NCBI GenBank assembly: GCA_041495205.1
Contig: JBGQCF010000003.1
Span: 57,960 to 121,959, forward strand
Direction of reading: 5' to 3'
Length of the DNA stretch: 64,000 bases
Source of the DNA: Gammaproteobacteria bacterium
GTDB lineage: Bacteria; Pseudomonadota; Gammaproteobacteria; Burkholderiales; JAHFRG01
The position numbers and the translations under genes are program-made. The notes beneath the pieces were generated by a model. It saw only the letters and a program-made list of their open reading frames with translations. It made no database searches and was not told the origin of the DNA. Within the stretch, counting starts at the first letter, position 1; each line of letters opens with the position of its first letter. This document shows positions 27,244-37,328 of the stretch, in pieces.

Positions 27244-28118
27244 AGCTCGCACTCAAAATAGATGTGCAGACTTTGCGCGGCACCCATCAAGGCGTGCCGC
27301 GTCTTGTGGAACTACTGCAAAAGCATAACGCCACAGCCAGTTTTTTCTTCTGCGTCGGACCTGACCATAGCGGCCGCATGTTGAAACGGCTGTTGCGCGG
27401 CAATCTGCTTAAATATTATGGATTGCCGTCGCTGTTTTACGGCACTTTGCTGCCGGGACCCGACATCGGCAAGCAATGCGGCGATATCATGCGCAAAGCG
27501 CGCGCAGCCGGGTTTGAAGTCGGCTTGCAGGCGTATGACGCTGCGGCATGGTCCAATAAGGCGGCGCAAAGCGAGGCTGGCTGGAGCGAAAAACAAATGC
27601 GCCTGGGGCGCGAGCGTTTTGCCGAAATTTTCGGTGATCCCCCCGCAGCCCACGCAGCGGCGGGTTGGCAGATGAACCTGTACGCCTATCGTTTGACCCA
27701 GCGGTTGGGTTTTGCCTATTGCAGCGACACACGCGGCCGCTGCCCGTTCATTCCCATCTACCGTGGCGAAATCATCGCCTGTCCACAGCTTCCCACCACC
27801 CTGCCGACGCTCGATGAAGCGATCAAGAGCGCCGGAGTGGAGGCGGCCGCGGATTATGTGTTGAATCTCAGCGCCAACCCGCCCGCGACCGGCCATCTTT
27901 ACACCTTGCGTGCTGAGCTTGAAGGCATGACACTCGCGCCGCTTTTCGAGCGCCTGCTAAAAGGCTGGCGCGCGCAAGGCTATGAACTGGTGGCAACCCG
28001 CGACCTTTATGCCTCGCTGGAAACCAGGAAGCTTCCACGGCACGAAGTGGCGTTCGGCAAATTGCCCGGCGCCAGCGAAACGCTTATGCTGCAAACCAAG
28101 GAATTCCTCGCCGGGTAA
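27240..28118 (+). CDS. ArnD-like polysaccharide-deacetylase-fold protein with substituted catalytic residues
   Basis: Collinear similarity to E. coli ArnD as I recall it (ALKIDVQTLRGTHQGVPRLVELL..., AAGW, YTLRAELEG). ATGA overlap with the selU stop. Confidence 0.8.
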   Translation: MKLALKIDVQTLRGTHQGVPRLVELLQKHNATASFFFCVGPDHSGRMLKRLLRGNLLKYYGLPSLFYGTLLPGPDIGKQCGDIMRKARAAGFEVGLQAYDAAAWSNKAAQSEAGWSEKQMRLGRERFAEIFGDPPAAHAAAGWQMNLYAYRLTQRLGFAYCSDTRGRCPFIPIYRGEIIACPQLPTTLPTLDEAIKSAGVEAAADYVLNLSANPPATGHLYTLRAELEGMTLAPLFERLLKGWRAQGYELVATRDLYASLETRKLPRHEVAFGKLPGASETLMLQTKEFLAG

Positions 28119-28391
28119 GCCGTCTGCAGACCCCAGGCCACGATTGTCAAGCGCAAAGGGGTGTAATACACTGCGACAAACGATAATGGTAAACACTGCC
28201 TTCCTCGACTTTGAAACCCCCTCAACCGGGAACAAGGTTTTTCGCCTCTCCTTCTCCACAGGCAAAAGTTCTCATCATTTATTTTTCTCCAAGGGGGCTC
28301 TGCGGCGCGAGTGGCGCAGTGTGAAAGTGCCCGGTCAAGCACAGGAAGTTGTACGTACGAACTTTGAAATAATCATTTAACGGAAAACAAA

Positions 28392-29816
28392 ATGACCCAG
28401 AGAAAACCCGCATCTGTCGTCACCCGCCTGCACACCAAAACCAAGCTGTTCGTTCTCGATACCAACGTCCTGATGCACGACCCGACCAGCCTGTTCCGTT
28501 TCCAGGAACACGATGTCTACCTGCCGATGGCCACCCTGGAAGAGCTCGACCACAATAAAAAAGGCATGTCGGAAGTAGCGCGCAACGCACGTCAGGCGAG
28601 CCGTTATCTCGACGAAATCGTGAGCGATGCTTACACCAATATGGAAGATGGCATTTCCCTTGAAACGCACGGTGGAAAGGATGCAACCGGGCACTTGTTC
28701 CTGCAAACCAAGGTGATCAACGGCGACCTTCCCGCCCATCTTCCCGGCGGATACAGCGACAACCAGATCATCAGCGTGGTAAAGCACTTGCAGGAGACCT
28801 ATTCGGGGCGACACGTGATTCTCGTCAGCAAAGACATCAACATGCGCATCAAAGCGCGCGCGCTGGGATTTGCCGCCGAGGATTATTTCAACGACAAGGT
28901 GCTCGAAGATACCGATTTGCTGTATACCGGGTTCCAGGAATTGCCCGAGGATTTCTGGGACAAGCACAGCAATGAAATGGAATCGTGGCAGCAGTCCGGC
29001 CATACCTTCTACCGCGTGAGCGGGCCACTCTGCCCCAGTTTGCTGGTTAACGAGTTTATCTATCAGGAGATCGACAAGCCGTTTAATGCCCGCGTCAAGG
29101 AACAGAGCGGCAAGACCGCCGTACTGGAAACGCTCAAGGATTACACGCACCAGAAGAATAACGTGTGGGGCATCGCCGCGCGCAACCGCGAACAGAACTT
29201 CGCGTTGAATTTGCTGATGAACCCGGATATCGATTTCGTCACCCTGCTTGGACAAGCAGGCACGGGAAAAACCCTGCTGACCCTGGCCGCGGGCTTGATG
29301 CAAACTCTGGAGCATAAGGTTTATACTGAGATAATCATGACGCGGGTCACCGTGCCTGTGGGCGAAGATATCGGTTTCCTTCCGGGTACCGAAGAAGAGA
29401 AAATGACCCCGTGGATGGGGGCGTTGGAGGATAACCTGGACGTCCTTAACAAAACCGATGACGAAGCGGGGGAATGGGGGCGCGCCGCCACTCGTGATTT
29501 GATTCGTTCGCGCATCAAGGTAAAATCACTGAACTTCATGCGCGGCCGCACCTTTATTAATAAATTTTTGATTATTGACGAAGCCCAGAACCTGACGCCG
29601 AAACAGATGAAAACACTGATTACCCGCGCCGGGCCCGGCACCAAAGTGGTGTGCGTTGGCAATATCGCGCAAATTGATACGCCTTATCTCACTGAAGGCA
29701 GCTCCGGTTTGACTTACGTAGTGGACCGCTTTAAAGGCTGGTCGCACAGCGGTCATGTCACGCTGCTGCGCGGGGAAAGATCGCGGCTTGCCGATTACGC
29801 AGCGGGGGTATTGTGA
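28392..29816 (+). CDS. PIN-domain plus PhoH-like ATPase (YlaK family)
   Basis: N-terminal PIN (FVLDTNVLMHD, SDNQII), C-terminal PhoH ATPase with Walker A GQAGTGKT and IIDEAQN. Confidence 0.88.
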   Translation: MTQRKPASVVTRLHTKTKLFVLDTNVLMHDPTSLFRFQEHDVYLPMATLEELDHNKKGMSEVARNARQASRYLDEIVSDAYTNMEDGISLETHGGKDATGHLFLQTKVINGDLPAHLPGGYSDNQIISVVKHLQETYSGRHVILVSKDINMRIKARALGFAAEDYFNDKVLEDTDLLYTGFQELPEDFWDKHSNEMESWQQSGHTFYRVSGPLCPSLLVNEFIYQEIDKPFNARVKEQSGKTAVLETLKDYTHQKNNVWGIAARNREQNFALNLLMNPDIDFVTLLGQAGTGKTLLTLAAGLMQTLEHKVYTEIIMTRVTVPVGEDIGFLPGTEEEKMTPWMGALEDNLDVLNKTDDEAGEWGRAATRDLIRSRIKVKSLNFMRGRTFINKFLIIDEAQNLTPKQMKTLITRAGPGTKVVCVGNIAQIDTPYLTEGSSGLTYVVDRFKGWSHSGHVTLLRGERSRLADYAAGVL

Positions 29817-30598
29817 TGAAAAACTTTTCCATGAATTTGCGCCTCGTGCTTTGCAGCGTCGCCTTGTCTCTCACGGCTGCAAATGCCCATGCGGTCATCA
29901 GCATCGGCAATCTCACGGTGCAGTCTTTCCGCGACGAAACCCTTCAAGCTTATGCTGAAATTCGGACCGGCGCCGGCGAGACCATTACTCCGGAGTGCCT
30001 CTCGCTCGGCAAGCCCGATACCGAAGCGGAGAACAAGCTGCCGTATCTGACCGACGCCACCATCTCGCTGGATACGCGCGACGGCAAGCAAACCGTCAGC
30101 GTCACCACCGCGCAGCCGCTGAGCGACAACGGTTTCAACCTGCTCTTGAAAGTCCAGTGCCCGGGTCAACTGCAAGTTTCCCGCGATTTCACCGTACTGC
30201 TCGGGACGCGCAGCGGCAATGTTCTGGCCATCCCCATGCAGCCGGAGCCTGCGCCATCGCCCGCGGGGTCCCCTCTTCCGGGCTCGCTGCCCGAAGGCGG
30301 AGGAATCTACTGGTCCATGCGTCCCGGCGACTCACTGGCTGATATCGCACAGAAGATTTATCCCAAGGAACCCCTCTATCAAAAGAAAATGGTGCGGGCG
30401 ATCCTGCTAGCCAACCCGCAGACATTTCCTGACGGCAAGTTGCAGGAGATCCCCGTCGGCACCGTCATCATCATTCCGGATTTGCGCAGCGTGGCCGCAG
30501 TGAAGGTTCCAGGCGAAGCAGGTGCCGATAAGGCGGCGCCACGCAAATCGCCGCGCAAAGCCAAACCGCCTGAAGCCAAAAGCGAGCCCCCCGCGTAA
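29816..30598 (+). CDS. Secreted FimV-N-terminal-like / LysM-containing protein
   Basis: Signal peptide MKNFSMNLRLVLCSVALSLTAANA. A LysM-like segment (YWSMRPGDSLADIAQKIY...IPVGTVIIIP) and a basic Pro-rich tail. The ATG overlaps the phoH-like stop by 1 nt. Confidence 0.7.
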   Translation: MKNFSMNLRLVLCSVALSLTAANAHAVISIGNLTVQSFRDETLQAYAEIRTGAGETITPECLSLGKPDTEAENKLPYLTDATISLDTRDGKQTVSVTTAQPLSDNGFNLLLKVQCPGQLQVSRDFTVLLGTRSGNVLAIPMQPEPAPSPAGSPLPGSLPEGGGIYWSMRPGDSLADIAQKIYPKEPLYQKKMVRAILLANPQTFPDGKLQEIPVGTVIIIPDLRSVAAVKVPGEAGADKAAPRKSPRKAKPPEAKSEPPA

Positions 30599-30699
30599 GC
30601 AGCTCAAACGCAGCACGTTAAGGGGGGATCAAATTCTCCTCAGGCTGTCCTGGCAATTCGCCATTCTCAGATGAAACTGGTGCAGTCAGAAGGAAAGAT

Positions 30700-32082
30700 T
30701 TAATAACCGGGGGTGTAATTCTCGAAGCGGGTGAATTCGGGGAGGAAGGTCAGCTGCACCGTGCCGATCGGGCCGTGGCGCTGCTTGCTGATGATGATTT
30801 CCGCCATTCCTTTATCCTTGGTCTCGGGGTTGTAAACCTCATCGCGGTAAATAAACAAAATCAAGTCGGCATCCTGCTCAATGGCGCCTGATTCGCGCAA
30901 ATCGGACATAATGGGCCGACGGTTGGTGCGCTGCTCAAGGCTGCGGTTGAGCTGGGAGAGAGCCACCACCGGTACATTCAGTTCTTTCGCCAGCGCTTTC
31001 AGCGAGCGCGAAATCTGCGAAATTTCGGTGGCGCGGTTCTCTCCTTCGCTCGCCGCCGACATCAGTTGCAGGTAATCAACCACCAACAGCCCCAAGCCGC
31101 CGCACTGGCGGTGCAGTCGCCGCGCCCTGGCCTGCAATTGCGGCGCGGTGAGCGCCCCGCTCTCATCTATATAAATCGCCGCGTCGTTGAGCTTGCCTAC
31201 CGCGTGGGTGAGTTTCTGCCAATCGTCGTCCTGCAGCTTTCCGGTGCGCACCTTGTGCTGATCCAGCCGCCCCACCGAGCCCATCATGCGCATCACCAGC
31301 TGCGTGCCCGACATTTCCATGCTGAACACCGCGACCGGCAGATGCAGTTCTATACCGACATATTCGGCGATATTGAGCGCGAGCGAAGTTTTGCCCATGC
31401 TCGGCCGTCCCGCGACGATTACCAGATCGCCCGGCTGCAAGCCGGAAGTCTTCTGGTCAAGATCGGTAAACCCGGTCGGAACCCCGGTGATATCGCTCGG
31501 GTTGTCGCGGTGGTAGAGCATGTCTATGCGCTCCACCACTTGCGTGAGCAGCGGCTGGATTTCGGCGAAACCGATTTGCCCGCGCGCTCCCGCTTCGGCG
31601 ATGTGAAACACCTTGGCTTCCGCATCGTTCAACAGGTCCACGGCTTCGCGCCCCAGCGGATTGTAGGCGCTGTCCGCGATTTCAGTGGCGACTGAGGCTA
31701 GCTTGCGCAGCACCGAGCGATCGCGCACGATTTCCGCATAACGGCGGATGTTGGCCGCAGAAGGCGTGTTCTGGGCGAGCGCACCCAGGTAAGCCAGGCC
31801 GCCGGCGTTTTGCAGTTCCGCGCTGTTTTCCAGGGATTCGGCGACGGTAATCACGTCGGCCGGGTTGTTGTGCTCGATGAGCTTGCAAATATGCCGGTAA
31901 ATCAGGCGGTGGTCATGCCGGTAAAAATCCGCCTCGACAATCACGTCGGCTACTTTATCCCAGGCGCTGTTATCCAAGAGCAGCCCGCCTAGCACCGATT
32001 GTTCCGCCTCAATCGAGTGCGGCGGCAGTTTAATGACATCTACCTGCTCATCATGGACAACCTGGGAAACCGCCTGAATCAT
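30700..32082 (-). CDS. dnaB: Replicative DNA helicase DnaB
   Basis: PPHSIEAEQSVLGG N-terminal motif, Walker A GRPSMGKT, and the SQLNR and RDxxxYxP blocks. Confidence 0.96.
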   Translation of the reverse strand: MIQAVSQVVHDEQVDVIKLPPHSIEAEQSVLGGLLLDNSAWDKVADVIVEADFYRHDHRLIYRHICKLIEHNNPADVITVAESLENSAELQNAGGLAYLGALAQNTPSAANIRRYAEIVRDRSVLRKLASVATEIADSAYNPLGREAVDLLNDAEAKVFHIAEAGARGQIGFAEIQPLLTQVVERIDMLYHRDNPSDITGVPTGFTDLDQKTSGLQPGDLVIVAGRPSMGKTSLALNIAEYVGIELHLPVAVFSMEMSGTQLVMRMMGSVGRLDQHKVRTGKLQDDDWQKLTHAVGKLNDAAIYIDESGALTAPQLQARARRLHRQCGGLGLLVVDYLQLMSAASEGENRATEISQISRSLKALAKELNVPVVALSQLNRSLEQRTNRRPIMSDLRESGAIEQDADLILFIYRDEVYNPETKDKGMAEIIISKQRHGPIGTVQLTFLPEFTRFENYTPGY

Positions 32083-32221
32083 GACTTAATGTAAATAATT
32101 ATATTAATATTACAACATATTGTATTAAATAGTATTATCATACCATTCAATTGCCGCAATCGCGAGCGAAAACAGCTGCGTTACTTGAATGCATTTTACC
32201 ATTCGGAGAACGAATGGCCAG

Positions 32222-32256
32222 AAATAAAAGAGGGCTGTTGCCAGCCCTCTTTTAAT
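32222..32256 (-). terminator. Rho-independent terminator after rplI
   Basis: 11-bp stem AAAGAGGGCTG / CAGCCCTCTTT (32227-32237 / 32242-32252), loop TTGC. On the minus strand it is followed by UUUUAUUU. Confidence 0.8.
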
Positions 32257-32274
32257 CAAAGCATTAGGAATGTT

Positions 32275-32724
32275 TCAGCTCTCTCCAAGCACCGATACGG
32301 TGATGGCCGCTGTCACATCGGCATGCAGCACCACAATAATGTTATAGTCACCCACCTGCTTCAACGGCCCGTGCGGCATGCGGATCGCGGCTTTCTGAAT
32401 GGGGAAGCTCTGCGCTTGCAAAGCTTCTGCGATATCTACGTTGGTCACCGAACCAAAAAGCTTTCCATCCACTCCGGCTTTCTGGGTGATTTGCACCATC
32501 AGGCCCTGCATTTTGGCGGCCTGCTCCTGGGCTTCGGCGAGAACTTCATTCTCGGTTTTTTCGAGTTCCGCTCGCCTCAGTTCGAACTCGGCGATATTGG
32601 CCGGTGTCGCGCGTTTGGCTTTGCCCCGGGGGATGAGAAAGTTGCGCGCAAAGCCCTCTTTCACCTTGACCACGTCGCCGAGCTTTCCGAGATTCACCAA
32701 TTTTTCCAGCAAAATAACTTGCAT
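32275..32724 (-). CDS. rplI: 50S ribosomal protein L9
   Basis: [36 protein letters not shown] is canonical L9. Confidence 0.97.
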   Translation of the reverse strand: MQVILLEKLVNLGKLGDVVKVKEGFARNFLIPRGKAKRATPANIAEFELRRAELEKTENEVLAEAQEQAAKMQGLMVQITQKAGVDGKLFGSVTNVDIAEALQAQSFPIQKAAIRMPHGPLKQVGDYNIIVVLHADVTAAITVSVLGES

Positions 32725-32735
32725 GGCTCTACTCC

Positions 32736-33023
32736 TCAGTGCAGATCGGTGTACGGCAACAGCGCCAGGTAGCGGGCGCGCTTGACCGCCGTGCTCAATT
32801 GCCTCTGGTAGCGCGACTTGGTGCCGGTGATGCGCGCGGGAATAATCTTGCCGCTCTCATTCACGAAATCCTTTAGCAGCTCGACATCCTTGTAGTCCAC
32901 TTCCTTAATGCCTTCCGCAGTAAAGCGACAGAATTTCCGGCGCCTGAACAAAGGGCGGTTGCCGCCGTCCTTGCGGTCTTTGCGGTCTTTTTTGTCTTTG
33001 CGTTTAAATGTTGGCCTTGGCAT
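32736..33023 (-). CDS. rpsR: 30S ribosomal protein S18 with basic N-terminal extension
   Basis: [20 protein letters not shown]...[11 protein letters not shown] core, preceded by [15 protein letters not shown]. Confidence 0.96.
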   Translation of the reverse strand: MPRPTFKRKDKKDRKDRKDGGNRPLFRRRKFCRFTAEGIKEVDYKDVELLKDFVNESGKIIPARITGTKSRYQRQLSTAVKRARYLALLPYTDLH

Positions 33024-33034
33024 ATCAAACCTTT

Positions 33035-33331
33035 CTATTCCAATTCCACGTTATTCACATGCAACACCAGTTGCGTGCTGTTCTGGCTTTTGCGTGCCAG
33101 GAAACCGGTTAACCGCACCGGCGCGCCCACTTTCAATTTCGCCGCTGATTTCGCGATTTCATCCAGCGCCAGTGCCTGGATTTCGCATTCGACATTGCGC
33201 TTTGTCCCGCCGTGCATTTGCCATGAAGCGTGATTCACCCTGAAATTCAGCACCGCAATACCCGCAGGGGTGTAACGCAGCGGGGTGATTTCCGTAATCT
33301 GCCCGCATAACTCGACGCTGTTGCAATCCAC
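33035..33331 (-). CDS. priB: Primosomal replication protein N (PriB)
   Basis: 98-aa OB-fold protein between rpsF and rpsR (NSVELCGQI...[12 protein letters not shown]). Confidence 0.88.
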   Translation of the reverse strand: MDCNSVELCGQITEITPLRYTPAGIAVLNFRVNHASWQMHGGTKRNVECEIQALALDEIAKSAAKLKVGAPVRLTGFLARKSQNSTQLVLHVNNVELE

Positions 33332-33339
33332 TTGAGCAC

Positions 33340-33741
33340 TTAATCAGAGGTTCCTACTGCCGGTTCCTCGGCGGCGGGTGCCGCCTTGACTTCGTCTGCG
33401 GCCGGCGTGAGCGACCTGCTTTTTTCCTCACGCATCATCGGCGAAGGGCTGCTCACTGCGGCGTCCATTTTCACGGTCAGGTGGCGCAGCACCGCGTCAT
33501 TAAATTTGAATGCATGTTCCAACTCGTCCAGCGTCGCCTGGTCGCACTCAACGTTCATCAGCACGTAATGCGCCTTGTGGATTTTGGCAAGCGGATAAGC
33601 GAGCTGTCGGCGGCCCCAGTCTTCGAGACGGTGCATCTTCCCGCCCTTGGAGGTAACCAGTCCGCGATAGCGCTCGATCATGCCGGGCACCTGCTCGCTC
33701 TGGTCAGGATGGACGATAAAAACGATTTCGTAATGCCGCAT
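33340..33741 (-). CDS. rpsF: 30S ribosomal protein S6
   Basis: [25 protein letters not shown]. The ATG at 33741 is preceded by AAGGGGA SD. The ORF-track start at 33747 is a TTG two codons upstream. Confidence 0.96.
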   Translation of the reverse strand: MRHYEIVFIVHPDQSEQVPGMIERYRGLVTSKGGKMHRLEDWGRRQLAYPLAKIHKAHYVLMNVECDQATLDELEHAFKFNDAVLRHLTVKMDAAVSSPSPMMREEKSRSLTPAADEVKAAPAAEEPAVGTSD

Positions 33742-33879
33742 TAACAAATCCCCTTATGGTCTCAGGAACCATTGCGAAACTGCGGATTTTGCCTTTATTA
33801 CTTTGTTGCAGCTTGTCTTTGCTGCTCACATACTGATTTTGTATGCTCCGCTGCTCAGACTGCGCTGCGCCTCGTCTAA

Positions 33880-34173
33880 AGGCAAACGTCTTGTTTCGCT
33901 TCGGTTCCTATTGGCCTTCCGCTATTCGAGACGGTAAGGCAAGGCAAGGATTGAAAGGCCGCAATTATAAGGTTTCCAGGCAGCGCGGGCAACTGGTATA
34001 TTATCCCCGACCCATGACGCGATCGGAGACCTTGTGATTTGATGTGCGCGCACGCCGAACAACTCGGGGCGAATGCAATCATTGCCGTGCGGTATGACGC
34101 GACCGACTTAATGGCGGGCCTGACGGAAGTCCTGTGCTACGGCACCGCAGTTGTTGTCACAAGCAATAGATAG
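33880..34173 (+). pseudogene. Decayed ybjQ (UPF0145) family gene
   Basis: The 3' part reads [39 protein letters not shown], a good match to YbjQ-family C-termini as I recall them. The same frame upstream has weak similarity (AAIIRFPGSAGNWY vs AGIRDIVGGRSGAY). That frame is broken by a TAA (33877) and two TGA codons (33952, 34015). Confidence 0.55.
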
Positions 34174-34176
34174 CAT

Positions 34177-34911
34177 CTATTTAATGGTTCTCTGTCTTCT
34201 CGTTTCAAACAGACATATTCCGCTTGCGACCGATACATTCAGACTTTCCACGCTGCCTGCCATGGGAATGCGCACCAGCTCGTCGCAAGTTTCGCGGGTG
34301 AGCCGCCGCAGGCCTTCTTGTTCAGCGCCCAGCACCCAGGCAATGGGGCCGTCAAGTTTTGCCGAGAACAAATCCTGCTCCGAATTGCTATCCGTGCCGA
34401 TAATCCAAATGTTTCGCTCTTTCAGTGCACGTAGCGTCCGGGCAAGATTGGTGACAACAATATAAGGTACCGTTTCCGCTGCGCCGCAAGCCACTTTAGA
34501 TACTGTTGGAGTAATCCCGACTGCGCGATCCTTGGGGGCGATGACCGCTTGCACACCGCAGGCATCCGCAACGCGCAGGCAAGCGCCAAGGTTGTGCGGG
34601 TCTTGAACACCATCCAACACCAGGAGCAATGCCGGTTCGCTTAAGCTATCCAGCACTTCGTCCAAATCCACACGCTGAGTTTCAGCGGCGGTTTTGGCTG
34701 CCACGCCCTGGTGCCGGGCATTTCCAGTCATGCCGTCAAGTCGCGCATGATCGAGCATGATGACGCGCAAGCCGTGATTCTCGGCAAGCGCAATTAAAGC
34801 TTTCATGCGCGGGTCCTGGCGCGCTCCGTCTAAATAGATTTCTTCCACGCTTTTGGCATTCTGGCGGATGCGCGCGGTGACCGCGTGAAACCCGTAAATC
34901 AGGCGGCTCAT
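34177..34911 (-). CDS. rlmB: 23S rRNA (Gm2251) 2'-O-methyltransferase RlmB
   Basis: Start [13 protein letters not shown] lies 4 nt after the rnr stop. SpoU/TrmH motifs ([35 protein letters not shown]). Confidence 0.92.
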   Translation of the reverse strand: MSRLIYGFHAVTARIRQNAKSVEEIYLDGARQDPRMKALIALAENHGLRVIMLDHARLDGMTGNARHQGVAAKTAAETQRVDLDEVLDSLSEPALLLVLDGVQDPHNLGACLRVADACGVQAVIAPKDRAVGITPTVSKVACGAAETVPYIVVTNLARTLRALKERNIWIIGTDSNSEQDLFSAKLDGPIAWVLGAEQEGLRRLTRETCDELVRIPMAGSVESLNVSVASGICLFETRRQRTIK

Positions 34912-34915
34912 GCTT

Positions 34916-37204
34916 TCACCTTGCGCGCAGCGAAACGACTTTTTTTGCTTGCCGGCTCTTTTTACCCGATGCATCCGGGGCATCTTCGAGAACGAAATCA
35001 ATTTTGGTGCTTTGCAGATCCACCCTCACCACCTTGATGCGCACCCGGTCTCCCAAGCGGAATTTCCTGCCGGTGCGCTCGCCCAGCAGAAGATGCTTCC
35101 CCGCGTCAAAATGAAAGTAATCGCTCCCCAGATCGGAAATATGCACCAGCCCTTCTATGTAAATGTCATCGAGCGCCACGAAAATGCCGAAGCCGGTCAC
35201 CCCGCTCACCGTGCCATCGAAACACTCGTTGATCTTATCCTGCATGTAGTAACACTTGAGCCAGGCTTCGACGTCGCGCGTCGCGTCATCGGCGCGGCGC
35301 TCGGTGAGCGAGCAATGAATACCCAACTGCTTCCAGTCGCCCGGATTATAGGTCTTGCCCTGCAACACCGCTGTTATCGCCCGGTGCACCAGCAAATCAG
35401 GATAGCGCCGGATCGGCGAAGTGAAATGCGTATAGGACTCGTACGCCAATCCGAAATGGCCCACGTTGTCCGGGCTGTACATCGCTTGTTGCATAGAACG
35501 CAACATTACCGTTTGCAGCAATTGCGCATCAGGACGGTCGCGGATGGCGCTCAACAGCCTGGCATAATCCCTGGCATGCGGATTGTCGCCTCCGCCCAAA
35601 TGCAAACCGAATTCCCTGAGAAAACCATGCAAAGCCTCGAGCTTTTCCGGGGTCGGGCCTTCGTGAATCCGGTATAGCGTGCGCTGTCCATGGCTCTTGA
35701 GGAAATCCGAGGCGCAGACGTTGGCGGCCAGCATGCATTCTTCAATCAGGCGGTGCGCATCGTTGCGCTTTACCGGAACGATGCGCTCGATTTTCCCATG
35801 CTCGTTGAAAATCATCTGCGTTTCGATAGTCTCAAAGTCAATCGCACCACGCTTTTCCCTGGCCTTGGCCAAGACCTTGTAGAGCGTGTAAAGCATTTTG
35901 ATATGCGTCAGCAGCCTGTTGTAGCGGCGCGCCACATCGCCTTCAGGATGCTCGAGCATCTCGGCAACCGCGGTGTAGGTGAGCCGCGCCTGCGAGAGCA
36001 TCACTGCCGGATAAAAACGATATTCACCAATTTCACCATCAGCGGCAACTTGCATTTCGCACACCATTGTCAGCCGCGCAACTCTCGGGTTGAGCGAGCA
36101 AAGATCATTGCTTAAGGCTTCAGGCAGCATCGGGATCACGCGCCGCGGGAAATACACTGAGTTGCCGCGTTCCAACGCTTCCCGATCCAGGGCATCTCCC
36201 GGCTTCACATAATGACTGACATCGGCAATCGCCACGAACAACTTGAATCCTTTGCCCTGCGCTTCGCAGTACACCGCGTCGTCAAAATCCTTCGCCGTTT
36301 CGCCGTCTATGGTCACCAGCGGAAGACCGCACAGGTCTGCGCGCCCGGCATAATCTTTTTCCAGGACCTCATTCGGCAGGTGTTTAGCCAATTTGCCCGC
36401 ATCCGGCGGAAACACATGCGGCAAATCATGCTTGCGCAGCGCGATCTCGATCTCCATCCCCGGGTCCGCGTAATTGCCGAGCACTTCGATTACGCGTCCG
36501 ACAGGCTGTGCGTGCCTGCTCGGCTGCTCGATTATTTCCACCATCACCACTTGCCCCGGCTTCGCCGCGTGGATTTCGCCCTGCGGCACTAAAATATCCT
36601 GGCTGATGCGCTTGTTTTCAGCCGCCACGAATTGGATGCCGTGCTCTACGTGCAGCCTGCCCACGAGGCGCTGGTTGGCGCGCGTGAGCACCTCGACGAT
36701 GCTGGCCTCGGGCCGTCCGCGGCGGTCCACCCCGATTTCGCGCGCCATGACCCGGTCGCCGTGCAGCACTTTTTGCATTTCCTTGGGACCGAGAAACAGA
36801 TCGGGCCCGCCGTCATCCGGTATCAAAAAACCGAAACGGTCGGGATGCCCCTGCACTGTGCCCTTGATGAGATCGAGCTTGTCCACCACGCATATCGCGC
36901 CTTTGCGATTGCGCATGATTTGCCCGTCGCGCTCCATCGCCCGCAGCCGGCGGTCGAACAGCGCAGCCTCGTGGCCGCCGACCCCAAGGGACCGCAGCAG
37001 TGTTTCAACGGAAAGCGGAACGCCCTGCTCTGCGAGAATCTGTAAAATGAATTCGCGGCTCGGCAAGGCATCCCGGTATTTCAGGCGTTCGCGCTTAAAA
37101 TGCGGGTCAAGCTCGCGCAATTTGGATTTCGCTTTGGGCTGCTGGCGCGACCGGTGTTCCGCTTTGGTCAAGGATTTAAAATGCTTCGGGGATTTCGTTG
37201 ACAA
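34916..37204 (-). CDS. rnr: Ribonuclease R
   Basis: RNB-domain motifs and a C-terminal S1 domain with a basic tail. [10 protein letters not shown] aligns with the E. coli N-terminus. The predicted start is TTG (no upstream ATG), giving a roughly 35-aa Lys/Arg-rich extension. Confidence 0.93.
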   Translation of the reverse strand: MSTKSPKHFKSLTKAEHRSRQQPKAKSKLRELDPHFKRERLKYRDALPSREFILQILAEQGVPLSVETLLRSLGVGGHEAALFDRRLRAMERDGQIMRNRKGAICVVDKLDLIKGTVQGHPDRFGFLIPDDGGPDLFLGPKEMQKVLHGDRVMAREIGVDRRGRPEASIVEVLTRANQRLVGRLHVEHGIQFVAAENKRISQDILVPQGEIHAAKPGQVVMVEIIEQPSRHAQPVGRVIEVLGNYADPGMEIEIALRKHDLPHVFPPDAGKLAKHLPNEVLEKDYAGRADLCGLPLVTIDGETAKDFDDAVYCEAQGKGFKLFVAIADVSHYVKPGDALDREALERGNSVYFPRRVIPMLPEALSNDLCSLNPRVARLTMVCEMQVAADGEIGEYRFYPAVMLSQARLTYTAVAEMLEHPEGDVARRYNRLLTHIKMLYTLYKVLAKAREKRGAIDFETIETQMIFNEHGKIERIVPVKRNDAHRLIEECMLAANVCASDFLKSHGQRTLYRIHEGPTPEKLEALHGFLREFGLHLGGGDNPHARDYARLLSAIRDRPDAQLLQTVMLRSMQQAMYSPDNVGHFGLAYESYTHFTSPIRRYPDLLVHRAITAVLQGKTYNPGDWKQLGIHCSLTERRADDATRDVEAWLKCYYMQDKINECFDGTVSGVTGFGIFVALDDIYIEGLVHISDLGSDYFHFDAGKHLLLGERTGRKFRLGDRVRIKVVRVDLQSTKIDFVLEDAPDASGKKSRQAKKVVSLRAR

Positions 37205-37241
37205 GAAAATGTTTTCCTATTAGATTTGCACCTTCTCGAAA

Positions 37242-37328
37242 GCCGAGATGGCGGAATTGGTAGACGCACCAGGTTCAGGTCCTGGCGGTGGCAACACTGT
37301 GGAGGTTCGAGTCCTCTTCTCGGCACCA
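37242..37328 (+). tRNA. tRNA-Leu (anticodon CAG), CCA encoded
   Basis: 87 nt. Acceptor stem GCCGAGA/TCTCGGC, anticodon stem CCAGG/CCTGG with loop TTCAGGT, long variable arm, GGTTCGAGTCC T-arm, discriminator A plus CCA. Confidence 0.96.

Noticed and set aside
28119-28391. Small RNA or riboswitch in the 273-bp spacer upstream of the PIN-PhoH gene
   Set aside because: Only short, weak stems are present (CTGCG/CGCAG; AACC/GGTT plus a T-run). There is no clear promoter-terminator pair and no resemblance to RNA families I can recognise (6S, tmRNA, RNase P).
28377-29315. Long antisense ORFs, including 28377-29315, 39907-40890, 43778-44992, 55704-56789, 57437-58732, 62265-63506 and 9917-10666
   Set aside because: Each lies entirely opposite a confidently identified gene (phoH-like, hflC, der, dctM, dctP, mlaF/mlaE, fdhA). 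They have Arg/His/Gly-rich low-complexity translations typical of shadow frames in GC-rich coding DNA.
33952-34017. The two in-frame TGA codons of the ybjQ-like frame read as selenocysteine
   Set aside because: The same frame also has a TAA. Similarity degrades upstream. YbjQ is not a known selenoprotein family, and no selA/selB/SECIS evidence exists in the window. Pseudogene decay is the simpler reading.
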